Assembly: GCF_000737315.1 (NCBI RefSeq)
Contig: NZ_JMCB01000005.1
Coordinates: forward strand, 62,001-126,000
Length of the DNA: 64,000 nucleotides
Origin: Hyalangium minutum
Lineage (GTDB): Bacteria; Myxococcota; Myxococcia; Myxococcales; Myxococcaceae
Direction: 5' to 3'
In this document: in pieces, positions 27,886 through 38,688 of the stretch
How positions within the stretch are numbered: position 1 is the first letter of the stretch
Layout: each line of letters begins with the position of its first letter
Translations under genes and position numbers: made by a program
Notes under the pieces: model-generated
What the model was told of the DNA's origin: nothing
The model's database searches: none
The model's input: the letters and a program-made list of their open reading frames with translations, nothing else

Positions 27886-30800
27886 GTGCCGTTCTTCAAC
27901 CCTTGGAGGTGTGTCCTGAGAGTTCCATTTCGTTTCCCGTTACGGGTGCGCCCGCTGGCGCTGAGCGCGCTGCTGGCCACCGCCGCTGCTCCGCTGACCG
28001 CCGTGGCAGCTCCCAACTCCGTGACCGTCATCGGTGACTTCCAGAGCCAAGCCGGATGTACGGCCAACAATGATCCCACGTGTGCCGCGACCCAGCTCAC
28101 GCTCGAGCAGGCCGACGGCGTATGGCAGGGCAGCTTCGCGGTCCCGGCTGGTACCTGGCACTACAAGGTCGCCCTCGACGGCGCGCTGACGGAGACGTAC
28201 CCCTCGGCGGAGCTGACGCTCACGAAGGCCGCCGCCGGGACGGTGAAGTTCTACTATGACCCCAACACCCACTACGTCCGCGACAACGTGGCGACGATCG
28301 CAGTGGCTCCTGGCAACTTCCAAGGAGAGCTGGGCTGTCCCCTGCTGCCTCCCGACAACAATGGCGACTGGCAGCCGGACTGCCTCAAGTCCTGGCTCCA
28401 GGACCCAGATGGGGACGGCACCTTCACGCTGACGACCACGGCCATTCCGCCCGGCTCGTATGAGGGCAAGGTGGCCATCAACGAGAGCTGGGACGAGAAC
28501 TATGGCCAGAATGGCGTCCGAAACGGTCCCAACATCGGATTCACCGTGACCCAGGCCGGCGAGGAGGTGGTGTTCTCCTGGAACTCCACGAGCAAGAAGG
28601 CAACGATTCGCCCGGCGAACGCGGCATCAGGTGACATCCTCCTGGCGCGGGCGCACTGGGTGGCTCCGGACACGCTGGCGTGGAGCCCGCAGGCCGAGAC
28701 GATCCCCACGGACGCGGTCTTCCGGCTGCACTCCGAGCCGGAGGGTGCCATGCGCCTGACGGACACGGGCATCCAGGGTGGTACCGCCATCATGCTCACG
28801 CAGGACACGGCGGGCCTGAGCGACGCGCTCAAGGCGCGCTTCCCGCACCTGGCCACGGCCCTGGCGCTGAAGATCCCCTCAGGGGAGCAGTCCAAGGTGG
28901 CGGCGCTCCTCAAGGGGCAGCTTGTCGTGTCGGTCAGCTCGAGCGCGGGCAAGGTGCTGGATGCCACCTCTGTGCAGCTCGCGGGCGCGCTCGACGCGCT
29001 TTACACGTACACGGGGACGCTGGGGCCGACGTTTGACGCGGGGGTGCCTACGCTGCGCGTCTGGGCTCCCACGGCGCGCAAGGTGTCGCTGCTGATCTTC
29101 GACTCGTCCACCGCAGCGGATCCGTCCGAGACGATCGCGATGGAGGCGGGAGACAAAGGCGTGTGGTCCGCCACCGGCACCGCCGCGTGGACGGGCAAGT
29201 ACTACCTCTATGAGGTGGAGGTCTACGTCCGCAAGGAGCAGGCGGTGAAGGTCAACCGCGTCACGGATCCGTACTCGGTGAGCCTCTCCACCAACAGCGC
29301 GCGCAGCCAGATCATCGACCTGAATGCCGCGGCCCTGGCCCCCACGGACTGGAGCGCGCTGGAGAAGCCCACGCTGGCGGCCCCCGAGGACATCGTCCTG
29401 TACGAGCTGCACGTGCGCGACTTCAGCATCAACGACGGCACCGTTCCGGAGGCGGACCGGGGCACCTTCAAGGCGTTCACCCACGACTCCAACGGCACCA
29501 AGCACCTGAAGAAGCTGGCCGACGCGGGCGTGACGCACGTGCACCTGCTGCCGGTGTTCGACATCGCCACCATCAACGAGAACCGCGCCGAGCAGGCCCT
29601 GCCGGCCGGAGACCTGGCGTCGATGCCGCCGGACTCGGAGCAGCAGCAGGCCGCGGTGGCCGCGGTGAAGGACGCGGACGGCTTCAACTGGGGCTATGAC
29701 CCGTATCACTACACCGTTCCCGAGGGCAGCTACTCGACCCACCCGGACGGCACCACCCGCATCCTCGAGTTCCGCGAGATGGTGCAGGCCGTCAACCAGC
29801 GCGGCCTGCGCGTGGTGATGGACGTGGTCTACAACCACACCAACTCGGCCGGGCAGGACTCGAAGTCGGTGCTGGATCGGATCGTCCCCGGCTACTACCA
29901 CCGGCTCAACGGCGACGGGAACGTGGAGACCTCCACGTGCTGCCAGAACACCGCCACCGAGAACGCCATGATGGAGAAGCTCATGGTGGACTCGCTGGTG
30001 ACCTGGGCCAAGCAGTACAAGGTGGACGGCTTCCGCTTCGACCTGATGGGCCACCACATGAAGTCCAACATGCTCAAGGTGCGCGCGGCGCTGGATTCGC
30101 TCACCGTGGCCAGGGACGGCGTGGACGGCAAGGCCATCTACGTCTACGGCGAGGGCTGGAACTTCGGCGAGGTGGCCAACAACGCCCGCGGCGTGAACGC
30201 CACGCAGCTCAACATGCCCGGCACGGGCATTGGCACCTTCAGCGATCGGCTCCGCGATGCGGCGCGCGGCGGTGGCCCGTTCAGCGGGCTGCAGGAGCAG
30301 GGCTTCATCAGCGGCCTCTTCTATGAACCGAACAGCACCCACCAGGGCACGGCGGACCAGCAGAAGACGCTGCTGCTGCAGCACATGGACCGCATCCGCG
30401 TGGGGCTGGCGGGCAACCTCCGGGACTACACGTTCACCGACGTGCAGGGCGCCAAGGTGAAGGGCTCGGATGTGAAGTACGGCGGTGACCCCGCGGGCTA
30501 CACGCTGGATCCGCAGGAGGTCATCACCTACGTGTCCGCCCACGACAACGAGACGTTGTTCGACGCGGTGCAGATGAAGGCCCCGCGCAACGCGAGCATG
30601 GAAGTGCGGGTGCGCATGCACAACATGGGCATCAGCCTGGTGGCGCTGGGCCAGGGCATCCCGTTCTTCCACGCGGGCGACGAGATCCTCCGCTCCAAGT
30701 CGCTGGACCGCAACAGCTTCAACTCGGGCGACTGGTTCAACAAGATCGACTGGACCTACCAGTCCAACAACTGGGGCGTGGGCCTGCCTCCGGCCGGTGA

Positions 30801-31398
30801 CAACCAGAGCAACTGGCCGGTGATGAAGGAGCTGCTCGGCGATCCGGCGCTCAAGGCGTCGCCGGCGCACATCTCCAGCGCCCTGGCTCACTTCCTGGAG
30901 GTCATCCGCATCCGCAAGAGCTCCCCGCTGTTCCGGCTCCGGACGGGCGCGGAGATCCAGCAGCAGGTGACGTTCGAGAACACCGGGCCGAACCAGATCC
31001 CCGGCCTCATCGTGATGCACATTGAGGACGACCGGTACGCGCTGGCAGGAGCAACCACCGACGCGGTGGTGCTCTTCAACGCGAGCGATGAGCAGCAGCG
31101 CTTCGCGTCGGACACCTTCAAGGATGTGGCGTTCGAGCTGCACCCGGTGCTCAAGGAGTCCGCTGACGCCGCAGCCCGTACGTCCTCGTTCGAGGCCAGC
31201 TCCGGCACGTTCACCGTGCCGGCGCGCACCACGGCGGTGTTCATGGCCAAGCGGGCCGCGCCCATTCCCAAGGGCCCTGGGGACACTGGCACCGATGACA
31301 GCTGTGGCTGCTCGGGTGGCGGGAGCGCGGCGTTCAGCGCCTTCGGCCTGCTGCTCGGCCTGAGCGCGCTGCGGCGGTCGCGCCGCCGCGAGTCGTAA
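27886..31398 (+). CDS. pulA: Pullulanase-type alpha-1,6-glucosidase (GH13_13) with N-terminal X25-like modules and MYXO-CTERM anchor
   Basis: [25 protein letters not shown] / YGEGWNFG / SAHDNET triad; two G(D/N)FQ..GC..D X25-like repeats; tail SCGCSGG-hydrophobic-RRSRRR. Exact start uncertain. Confidence 0.9.
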   Translation: MPFFNPWRCVLRVPFRFPLRVRPLALSALLATAAAPLTAVAAPNSVTVIGDFQSQAGCTANNDPTCAATQLTLEQADGVWQGSFAVPAGTWHYKVALDGALTETYPSAELTLTKAAAGTVKFYYDPNTHYVRDNVATIAVAPGNFQGELGCPLLPPDNNGDWQPDCLKSWLQDPDGDGTFTLTTTAIPPGSYEGKVAINESWDENYGQNGVRNGPNIGFTVTQAGEEVVFSWNSTSKKATIRPANAASGDILLARAHWVAPDTLAWSPQAETIPTDAVFRLHSEPEGAMRLTDTGIQGGTAIMLTQDTAGLSDALKARFPHLATALALKIPSGEQSKVAALLKGQLVVSVSSSAGKVLDATSVQLAGALDALYTYTGTLGPTFDAGVPTLRVWAPTARKVSLLIFDSSTAADPSETIAMEAGDKGVWSATGTAAWTGKYYLYEVEVYVRKEQAVKVNRVTDPYSVSLSTNSARSQIIDLNAAALAPTDWSALEKPTLAAPEDIVLYELHVRDFSINDGTVPEADRGTFKAFTHDSNGTKHLKKLADAGVTHVHLLPVFDIATINENRAEQALPAGDLASMPPDSEQQQAAVAAVKDADGFNWGYDPYHYTVPEGSYSTHPDGTTRILEFREMVQAVNQRGLRVVMDVVYNHTNSAGQDSKSVLDRIVPGYYHRLNGDGNVETSTCCQNTATENAMMEKLMVDSLVTWAKQYKVDGFRFDLMGHHMKSNMLKVRAALDSLTVARDGVDGKAIYVYGEGWNFGEVANNARGVNATQLNMPGTGIGTFSDRLRDAARGGGPFSGLQEQGFISGLFYEPNSTHQGTADQQKTLLLQHMDRIRVGLAGNLRDYTFTDVQGAKVKGSDVKYGGDPAGYTLDPQEVITYVSAHDNETLFDAVQMKAPRNASMEVRVRMHNMGISLVALGQGIPFFHAGDEILRSKSLDRNSFNSGDWFNKIDWTYQSNNWGVGLPPAGDNQSNWPVMKELLGDPALKASPAHISSALAHFLEVIRIRKSSPLFRLRTGAEIQQQVTFENTGPNQIPGLIVMHIEDDRYALAGATTDAVVLFNASDEQQRFASDTFKDVAFELHPVLKESADAAARTSSFEASSGTFTVPARTTAVFMAKRAAPIPKGPGDTGTDDSCGCSGGGSAAFSAFGLLLGLSALRRSRRRES

Positions 31399-31411
31399 GC
31401 TTCACCCTCGG

Positions 31412-31446
31412 CTGGCGCCCTGCTCGCACGCAGGGCAGGGCGCCAG
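31412..31446 (+). terminator. 12-bp hairpin after the pullulanase gene
   Basis: CTGGCGCCCTGC-11 nt loop-GCAGGGCGCCAG followed by TGTTGT. Confidence 0.55.
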
Positions 31447-31535
31447 TGTTGTGAGCGGCCAGGGTGGCTGGGTGGGCGGGTGAGACGCGGACGCGCTATC
31501 GTCCGGTGACTCCCCGGCCTCGAGACCTCTACCGC

Positions 31536-32828
31536 ATGGACGCGTCCCCCCGCTTCGCGAAGAGAGTGTTGGACTTTCGCTGCCTCGCTGATCGCTGCGA
31601 GGACACGTGCTGCGTGGGGCTCCGTGTCCCCGTGACGGAGGAGCGCCTGTGGCAGCTGCGCACCGGTGTGAAGGGGAGCCCGGACGAGGCGCACGTAGAG
31701 TCGCTCCTGGAGGAGAACCCCGAGGGCCCTCCCTCCGAGCGAGCGTTCATCAAGATGCAGCCAGATGGGCGCTGCCCGTTCCTCGACACCGAGAAGCTCT
31801 GCTCCCTCCAGCGCCGGCATGGAGAGAAGGTCCTCCCGGATCCTTGCGTCACCTTCCCGCGCATCGTCTGGCGGTGGAATGAGCAGGTGGAGGTGGCGGG
31901 CTCACTGGCGTGTCCGGAGATGGCGCGGCTCCTGCTCCTGGAGGAAGGCGCGCTGGAGCAGGTTCCCGGACCGCTGGAGCAGGTGCCGCGCTTGGAGGCG
32001 GCCCGATCGCTTCCGGGTGAGTCCGGGGATGCTTATGTCGTTCACGCCCAGGCCATTCGCGCCGCCGCGCTGAAGCTCCTGCACCGGCGGGAGTTTCCGC
32101 TCGCCACGCGGCTCATGTTCCTGGGCCAGCTGGCGTTCCGCTTGGACTCCGTCTTCCGGGGCGCGGAGCCTGTCTCGGGCACCGAGGCGGAGCGGGACGA
32201 GGTGGTGCAGGTCCTGCTCCAGTCCGTCGACTCTCCCGAAGCGCTGGAGGCGATGCATCAGGAGTTCCTGTCGCTGCAGGTGCCGGGAGCACCGTGTGCC
32301 GGGCTGCTGGCCTCATTGCTGAAGTCTCGGGCCTCCGTGGCCCGCGGCGACCGCTTCGGACCCTTCGTCCACAGTGTACTGAAGTCCCTCTGGGGCTCCG
32401 AGCAGGCCGAGGGCGATTCGGAGGGCGCCTGGCGCGAGTACTCCGCGCGCTGGCAGCAGCTGCAGGCGGCGCATGGGGCCCGGGTCGAGCAGTACTTCCT
32501 CAACTACGGCCTTGCGCAGTGGCTCCGCTCTCCCTTCCTGGAACTGCCGAGCCTGCTCGCATATGTGTTCCGTCTGGTGATGCGTGTGGCGACGCTGCGG
32601 CTGGCGTTGGTGGGGCACCCAGACGTGGCTGCCCTCTGCGCGATGGAGCAGGGCGCTGCTCCCGAAGACGCTCAGGCCGTGCTGGATCGGGCGGCCATCG
32701 ATTGCTTCTACCTCGTCGCCCGCCACGTAGAGCAGGCGCCGGATGTGCTCGCGCTCGTGCGGCAGCTCGCGGGCGCGGGTGGGGCGGAGACGCTGGGCAA
32801 GACGCTCATCTTTGCCCAGTTCTGCTGA
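31536..32828 (+). CDS. FliB-family (flagellin lysine-N-methylase-like) Fe-S protein
   Basis: FRCLADRCEDTCC, GRCPFL....LCSLQ..HG...L...C.TFPR, SLACPEMARL. Start may be GTG 31506 or ATG 31536. Confidence 0.8.
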   Translation: MDASPRFAKRVLDFRCLADRCEDTCCVGLRVPVTEERLWQLRTGVKGSPDEAHVESLLEENPEGPPSERAFIKMQPDGRCPFLDTEKLCSLQRRHGEKVLPDPCVTFPRIVWRWNEQVEVAGSLACPEMARLLLLEEGALEQVPGPLEQVPRLEAARSLPGESGDAYVVHAQAIRAAALKLLHRREFPLATRLMFLGQLAFRLDSVFRGAEPVSGTEAERDEVVQVLLQSVDSPEALEAMHQEFLSLQVPGAPCAGLLASLLKSRASVARGDRFGPFVHSVLKSLWGSEQAEGDSEGAWREYSARWQQLQAAHGARVEQYFLNYGLAQWLRSPFLELPSLLAYVFRLVMRVATLRLALVGHPDVAALCAMEQGAAPEDAQAVLDRAAIDCFYLVARHVEQAPDVLALVRQLAGAGGAETLGKTLIFAQFC

Positions 32829-32831
32829 GCG

Positions 32832-34583
32832 CTACTTCCCGCCGTCCTTCGGTGTCCCCGCGTCGGGCGTGTCCGCCTGGGGTTCGGGGACGTTCGCGCC
32901 GGACAGCTCCTTCGGGTCGCGCATGAACTTCCACGCGGTGTTCTCGACACCCGGCTCGCTCATGCCCGTGAGCAGCGCGGCCGCTTTCACGGTCCGCTCC
33001 TTGAGCGCCGTCTCGCCCAGCTCATGGTGAATCTTCGTGAGCGCGATGTGGACCTCGGGGTCGAACGGGTTCGTGGACAGCGCCTCCATGTACGCGACCT
33101 TCGCCTTCAGCCAGTCCTTGCGGAACAAGAGGATGCGGCCCAGGTGCACGTTGGTGCCCGGCAGGCCCGGGTACACCCGCAGCGAGCCGCGCAGCACCGC
33201 CTCGGCCTCGTCCAGCCGCCGCAGCTCCAGCAGCGTCAGCGCATACTTGTTCGAGATGGACTCGTACTTGTCGCCCACCATGGTGTAGGCCTTCGAGTAC
33301 TCCGCCGCCGCGGCCTTCACCCGGTTGCGCTCGCGCAGCAGCTCGCCCAGGTGCGCCAGCTTGCGCGCCGGAATCTCCTGTACCTCCGCGAAGTCTCCGA
33401 AGGAGATCTCCCGGCCCTTCTTCGCGTCGTCCTTGTCCTGGCCCTTGGCGTCCTCCTTGAGGACCACCTCTTGTTGCGGCAGCAGCTCCTTGGGGAACGG
33501 CTGCTTCTTGATGTGGGCCAGCCAGGCCTTCTCGAAGAGGCCGAAGGGCATGCCTACCGCCGCCTCCACCGCCTTCTTGTCCGTCTGCCCGTTGCGCAGC
33601 TCCTGGATGATGGTGCGCAGGCCCGCCGTGCCCTTCGTGGCCAGCACGTAGTCCACCACGTAGAAGACCTCGGCGAACGCCAGGCCCGCGTCCTCCGCCG
33701 TGGGCAGCATGGCGATGGACGGGTGCATCTTCTCGAAAGGCACCAGCGTGTTGGCCTTCATCCGGCGCCCCAGCAGCGCCAGCGCGGAGGGGTTCAGCCC
33801 CAGCCCGCCTTGGCCACGCCAGCGGGACTCGAGGAACTTGGCCATGCCCTCGTGCAGCCAGATGGGCACGTTGTTGCGGCTGCTCTGGCTGATGACGAGG
33901 TGCACGTACTCGTGCGCCAGCGTGTCCTGCCAGTCGTAGCCGCGCGCCACCGCCTTGGGGCTCGTCACCATGAGCTTGTTGAACTTGCACATGGCGATGG
34001 TGCCCGTCGTCTGGATCTGCTCGTACGAGAGCGTGCTGATCTTCGACAGCTCGCGCGCGTTGTTCACCACCTCCACGCGCACCTTGCCGCCCGGTGGCGT
34101 CCACCCCAGGTCCTCCTGCATGGCCCGGTAGATGGCCTCCAGCGTCTCCATCGCGTAGGGCACCAGAACCTCTTCCTTGCCCGCCGGGTACAGGAAGATG
34201 AAGTGCTCGCTCTCCACCCTCTGGTGGCGCTTGGTGATGTTGGCGGTGTCCTTGGCCAGCCGGAGGTAGCTGCTCGGCTTGTCCTCCACGCCGGCTTTTG
34301 TCAGCAGGTCCACCGCCTCGGAGTAGCGGCCCTCCTCGAAGGCGAGCCGGCCCTGGTAGTAGATCAGCGCCTCGCTGCCCTCCGGCACGATCTTCTCCAG
34401 CTCCACCAGCGCACGCCGGGCGGACACCAGATCCCACCCGTCGATGCCGGCCTCCAGCTCCGCCAGGCGGGCCTTGGCCTCGCTGCGGACATCCTCGTCC
34501 TGGGCGCGGGCCGGCGCGGCCGTCACCAGCAGCGACAGCAGCCCGAGCGTCAGCAGTGCGTTCCGCGGATGACGGCGGCTCAC
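32832..34583 (-). CDS. Peptidase MA-like (gluzincin) metallohydrolase with TPR repeats, exported
   Basis: Signal peptide; LAHEYVHL plus downstream WLHEGMA; TPR-like helices at both ends. Confidence 0.75.
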   Translation of the reverse strand: MSRRHPRNALLTLGLLSLLVTAAPARAQDEDVRSEAKARLAELEAGIDGWDLVSARRALVELEKIVPEGSEALIYYQGRLAFEEGRYSEAVDLLTKAGVEDKPSSYLRLAKDTANITKRHQRVESEHFIFLYPAGKEEVLVPYAMETLEAIYRAMQEDLGWTPPGGKVRVEVVNNARELSKISTLSYEQIQTTGTIAMCKFNKLMVTSPKAVARGYDWQDTLAHEYVHLVISQSSRNNVPIWLHEGMAKFLESRWRGQGGLGLNPSALALLGRRMKANTLVPFEKMHPSIAMLPTAEDAGLAFAEVFYVVDYVLATKGTAGLRTIIQELRNGQTDKKAVEAAVGMPFGLFEKAWLAHIKKQPFPKELLPQQEVVLKEDAKGQDKDDAKKGREISFGDFAEVQEIPARKLAHLGELLRERNRVKAAAAEYSKAYTMVGDKYESISNKYALTLLELRRLDEAEAVLRGSLRVYPGLPGTNVHLGRILLFRKDWLKAKVAYMEALSTNPFDPEVHIALTKIHHELGETALKERTVKAAALLTGMSEPGVENTAWKFMRDPKELSGANVPEPQADTPDAGTPKDGGK

Positions 34584-37500
34584 TTCACCAGCTCCTCGTA
34601 GTAGCGCTTCACCTGCTCCTTGTAACGCTCCGGAGCGCCCTGCTTCATCGCGTCCAGCAGGTCCTTGCGGAACTCCTTGGGCGCCTGGAAGGCGTCCTCA
34701 TCCGGCAGCTCGACCTTCTCGCGTGGATCCATGCCATTGCCATCGCGCCGGCCGCCCATGCCCATCGGCAGCGGCAGGCCGCCCTGGCCCTGGCCCTTCT
34801 GGCTCTCCTTCATCTGCTGCTGGAAGCGCTTGAGGCCCTCGAGCGCCATCTGCTGCTGCCCGTAGCCACGGCCCGGATCCTGGCCGCCCATGCGCTGCGC
34901 GGCCTCGCCCATGCGCTGGCCCACCTCGTCCATCTGGTTGCCGGACTCCTGGCCGAACACCGGCGCCAGCTGCTGCATCTCCTCCATCTGCTGGCGCAGG
35001 CCCTGGGCGCGCTGCTCCAGCTGCTGCTGCTGCTCGGAGAGCTTCTGCAGTTGCTGGCGCTCCTGCGGGCTGAGCTGCGAGCCCGGCTCCGGGAAGAGCG
35101 ACTGGAGCTTCTGGCTGACCTCCTGCATCGTCTTCGCGTCCTTCTGGAGCTTCTGGGCCAGCTGCGCCGACTGCTCGCGCACCTCCTCCGGGTTGCCGAA
35201 CATCTCGTCCAGCTTGCGCTGGTGCTCGCCCATGGCGGAGAGCTGATCGGCCATGTCCTGGGTGCGCTGGGCCGCATCGGACGCGAGGTCATACGCGTCC
35301 GCCTTGAGGGCGTTCTCCAGGTTCTCCAGCTCGGACTGGGCCTCGGCCAGAGGGGCCGCCGCGCGGCTGTTGAGCTGCTCCGGCTTGAGCTCCTGGTAGT
35401 CCTTCTGCACCTGCTGCACCTGGCGCATCAGCTCGTCCTTGAGGGCCTTGCCCTTCTCGCTCAAGCGCTCCCGGTTCTGCGAGCGCGCCTGGTCGCGCAG
35501 GGCCTTGGTGGCGTCCGCCACCTGCTGCTGCTCCTGGAGCGTCTTGTCCAGGTCCTTCATGAAGTCGCCGAACTTCTGCGCCAGCTCTGGGTACTGCTCG
35601 CCGCCCAGCTCGCCCTGCGCCTTGTTCAGGTTCTCCATCATCTTGTCCATCTGCATGGAGAGCTCCTGGAGCTTGGCAAGCGCCTCGTCCGCCTTGCCCT
35701 CGCGCATCAGCTTCTCCACCTCGTCCAAGCCGCTGGAGACGTCCTGGTCCTTCATCATCTCGGCCATGGCCTCGGCGTTGAAGTGCTCGTCGCGGATGCC
35801 CTTGCGCAGCTCGGCCATGCGCTGCATCAGCTCGTTGATGCGTTGGCGCAGCTGCGTAATCTGCTCGAGGATCTGCTGCCGGGCCGCGTCGCTGGGCGTG
35901 GCCTTGTACTGCTCGATGAGCGAGGCCAGATCCCTGCGCTGCTCCGCCAGCTCCTTGGCCATCTCCTGCAGCGCCTCGAGCTTCTGCCGGTCCAGCAGGG
36001 ACTCCAGATAGAGGACGTCCTTCTCCGTCTCGGCAATCTCGTCGTTCACCGCAGCCGTGAGCCGGGTGCCCGTGCCCCAGTCCTCGCCGCGCAGCCGCTG
36101 GGTGCGCAGGTACAGGCGCCGGAAGTCCGCGGTGGCCGACAGCTTGCGGCCCAGCCCATCCGCGATGTTCAGCAGCGCGCCCACAAGGTCTCTGGGCACA
36201 TCCCGCTCGCGCGCCAGCTCCTGGGCCAGAGCGCGCATGTCCGCGACGAGCTGCTGGCCACTGGTGTCCACGGCCTGCCCGGAGGTGACGCTCTCCGCCG
36301 TCTTCTCCTTGGCGGTGTCCGAGCCCTCCAGCCGGTCCGCGAGGTGATCCACCAGCCGGCCCCAGAGTGCCTCGGCCTTCTGGAGCGCGGCGCGGCGGTG
36401 CTCGGCGGCGCTGTAGATGCGCAGCACCTGGGTGCGGCTCAGGCCCTTCTTGGGGCCCTCCACCGCGTCATTGTCCCGGGCCTCGATGTTGTAGGTGATG
36501 CGGTCGCCGGGCTTCAGGGGGAAGCGGCTCAGGTCCCACGTGTACGTGCCCTTGTTGCGGCGGCCGTCCTCGCGCGGCAGCGGCACGCGCGTCTCCTGCT
36601 GCGAGCCCGGCGTGCGGAACACCAGTGCCAGCTCGCTCAGGCCGTAGTCATCCGTGGCCTCGTACTTGAGGACCACCTGCTGGCCCGGATCCACCTCCAG
36701 CTCCGTGGCGGGCGACAGCAGCGTGGCCTGGGGCGGCGCATCCGCCTCCACATTGAGGGTGATCTCCGGCCCGATGACGTCCGCCTTCTCTCCCTTCTCC
36801 GTGGAGAAGGCGAAGCGGTAGGTGCCGCTCTTCTTCGTCACGAAGGAGCCGCTCAGCTCTCGGCGGCCCTCCACCTTGAGGGGCAGGGGCTCGCCGTTGA
36901 CGATGATCTCGGCCTGCTCGACTTCCCGGTCCGAGCGCGTCTTGAGGAGCACCTCGGTGCCCGCGGGCGCGCTGATCTCTCCGTTGGTGCCCGCCACCGT
37001 GCGCGGGGCGAGCCCCGTGTAGGCCGGGTAACGGTACGTCAGCTCGATGTCTCCGGTGATGGGCTCGGCCTTGGCGGTGGACTGGGCCACGGCGCTGGTC
37101 TCCCACGCCTTGGCCACGCCCGCGCGCCAGCGGCCGCCGGACAGCACCAGTGTCACCGCCACCGCGAGCACCAGCGCGCCCAGCACCTGCGCCAGCCGCC
37201 GCACGCGCTGGCCATCCACGATGGTGGCCGGATCCACGTACTGGGCCCGCCAGTCCATCTGTCCGAGGAACGCGGCGACGAGGCTGTGCGAGTGCTGCGC
37301 CGCACCGGCCTCGCGCGACAGCTCCACCGCGGCGAGCACATCCAGGGACAGCTCGGGCTTGCGCTCGCCGATGAGCCGCGCGGTGCGGACGTCATCGCCC
37401 ACCATCTTCCGGGACAGGAGGATGCCCAGCGCACAAGCCACGCCGATGCCCACCAGCGGGGCGAGGATCAGCACCCACCGGCCGAGCGCGGGAGCCACGA

Positions 37501-37723
37501 GCCCGAGGAAGCCGCCGCCCAGGCCGAGCAGCAGCAAGGCCATGGCGCCGAGCATGCCGCCCTCGAGCCAGAGCTGGCGCCGCTGGCGGGCGCGCACGGC
37601 AGCGAGCAGGGCCTCCACCTGGCGGGCGCGTGGACGCGGCCGGGCCTCGGCGGCGGGCGCCGGAGGAGGCGGAGGGGGAGGGGGAAGCTCCGAGTCTGGG
37701 GGCTGCGGGGTTTCGAGGTTCAC
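34580..37723 (-). CDS. DUF4175-family membrane-anchored Ig-like plus long coiled-coil protein
   Basis: N-terminal TM helices, DIELTYRYPAYTG, ATDDYGL, EARDND, Q/E/M-rich coiled coil, C-terminal EQVKRYYEEL; 4-nt overlap with the peptidase gene. Confidence 0.75.
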   Translation of the reverse strand: MNLETPQPPDSELPPPPPPPPAPAAEARPRPRARQVEALLAAVRARQRRQLWLEGGMLGAMALLLLGLGGGFLGLVAPALGRWVLILAPLVGIGVACALGILLSRKMVGDDVRTARLIGERKPELSLDVLAAVELSREAGAAQHSHSLVAAFLGQMDWRAQYVDPATIVDGQRVRRLAQVLGALVLAVAVTLVLSGGRWRAGVAKAWETSAVAQSTAKAEPITGDIELTYRYPAYTGLAPRTVAGTNGEISAPAGTEVLLKTRSDREVEQAEIIVNGEPLPLKVEGRRELSGSFVTKKSGTYRFAFSTEKGEKADVIGPEITLNVEADAPPQATLLSPATELEVDPGQQVVLKYEATDDYGLSELALVFRTPGSQQETRVPLPREDGRRNKGTYTWDLSRFPLKPGDRITYNIEARDNDAVEGPKKGLSRTQVLRIYSAAEHRRAALQKAEALWGRLVDHLADRLEGSDTAKEKTAESVTSGQAVDTSGQQLVADMRALAQELARERDVPRDLVGALLNIADGLGRKLSATADFRRLYLRTQRLRGEDWGTGTRLTAAVNDEIAETEKDVLYLESLLDRQKLEALQEMAKELAEQRRDLASLIEQYKATPSDAARQQILEQITQLRQRINELMQRMAELRKGIRDEHFNAEAMAEMMKDQDVSSGLDEVEKLMREGKADEALAKLQELSMQMDKMMENLNKAQGELGGEQYPELAQKFGDFMKDLDKTLQEQQQVADATKALRDQARSQNRERLSEKGKALKDELMRQVQQVQKDYQELKPEQLNSRAAAPLAEAQSELENLENALKADAYDLASDAAQRTQDMADQLSAMGEHQRKLDEMFGNPEEVREQSAQLAQKLQKDAKTMQEVSQKLQSLFPEPGSQLSPQERQQLQKLSEQQQQLEQRAQGLRQQMEEMQQLAPVFGQESGNQMDEVGQRMGEAAQRMGGQDPGRGYGQQQMALEGLKRFQQQMKESQKGQGQGGLPLPMGMGGRRDGNGMDPREKVELPDEDAFQAPKEFRKDLLDAMKQGAPERYKEQVKRYYEELVK

Positions 37724-37877
37724 AATCTCGTCCGCTCAGTGGCGAGGCAACCCGCGGGTGGGCCGCCTATTTCCCAATTCTGTAGCAACCTCCTCCCGCG
37801 CGCGCGTCCCTTTGGGGCGGCGGGGCCAGGGAGGAGGAGGGCTCTGTCCGGCGGCGGATGGCCGGGAGAGCGAGCGT

Positions 37878-38459
37878 TCAGCGGGCGTCAGTCGAGCGCC
37901 GGGCCGCTTCATCCGTCGGCGGGTCGGCCGCGGTGGGGATTCCCCCCAGCTCTTCGGCCAGCGCGGTGAGGACGTCCTGGGTATGGGTGATGCGCGTGCG
38001 GGTCATCTTGGAGAGCGCCCGCTGCACGGCGGCCTCCACCGTCCCTGTCGAGGGCACGTCCAGGGTCCGTCCCGCATCGGTGAGGGCGAACAGCGCCTTG
38101 CGCCCATCGAGCGGATCCGACTTGCGCTCCAGCAGGCCGCGCTTCTCCAGGCGCTTGAGCACGCCGGTGAGGGTGCTGGGGTGCACATGGAGGATCTGCG
38201 CGAGGTTGCCGGCAGTGATGCCCGGGAAGCGGCCCACGAGGCGCAGCACCAGGCGCTGCGGGCCGGTGATACCGAGCGCGGACTCCATGCGCTTGGACGT
38301 GGACTGGAGGCCATGATCCACAGCCCACAGCAGGCGCATGAACTCGAGAACCTCACCCAGCTGGGGTCCCCGTGCCTTCTCCGGCTGTGTCGCCAATGGG
38401 GGTGTTTCTTGCTCTAGCTCGTCCACGGTCTCTTTCAACTTCGCCTCCAAGTCGCCCAC
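37878..38459 (-). CDS. MarR-family transcriptional regulator
   Basis: LGITGPQRLVL, TAGNLAQILHVHPSTLTGVLKRLEKRGLLER..DPLDGR...LTDAG winged helix. True start probably downstream of 38459. Confidence 0.88.
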   Translation of the reverse strand: MGDLEAKLKETVDELEQETPPLATQPEKARGPQLGEVLEFMRLLWAVDHGLQSTSKRMESALGITGPQRLVLRLVGRFPGITAGNLAQILHVHPSTLTGVLKRLEKRGLLERKSDPLDGRKALFALTDAGRTLDVPSTGTVEAAVQRALSKMTRTRITHTQDVLTALAEELGGIPTAADPPTDEAARRSTDAR

Positions 38460-38688
38460 CCCACAGTTCTAGCGCTCTTCCACAGTTTCCACAGCGGAGG
38501 AGTACTTGGGCCCCCAAGAAGGGCCAGCCAGGAGGCAGCCAGCCGTGCCACCTGGGGGGGCGGCTGGCCGTGGGCCCGCATGCTACCCCTGATGTCTCCC
38601 TGTGAGGCAGTGTGCCGCATTGTGTCACAGGTGAGAGAACCTTGCCTGGCGGGAGGGGGAGCGGGCAACCCCTGGAGTTTCCAGGGGT

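Noticed and set aside
34298-37969. 1223-aa plus-strand ORF, and similar long antisense ORFs (11474-13516, 16952-18667, 28879-31143, 33024-34601, 44438-47320, 49966-51945, 51873-53960)
   Set aside because: Antisense shadows of genuine genes caused by high GC3 codon bias; translations are R/L/A/G-rich with no motifs.
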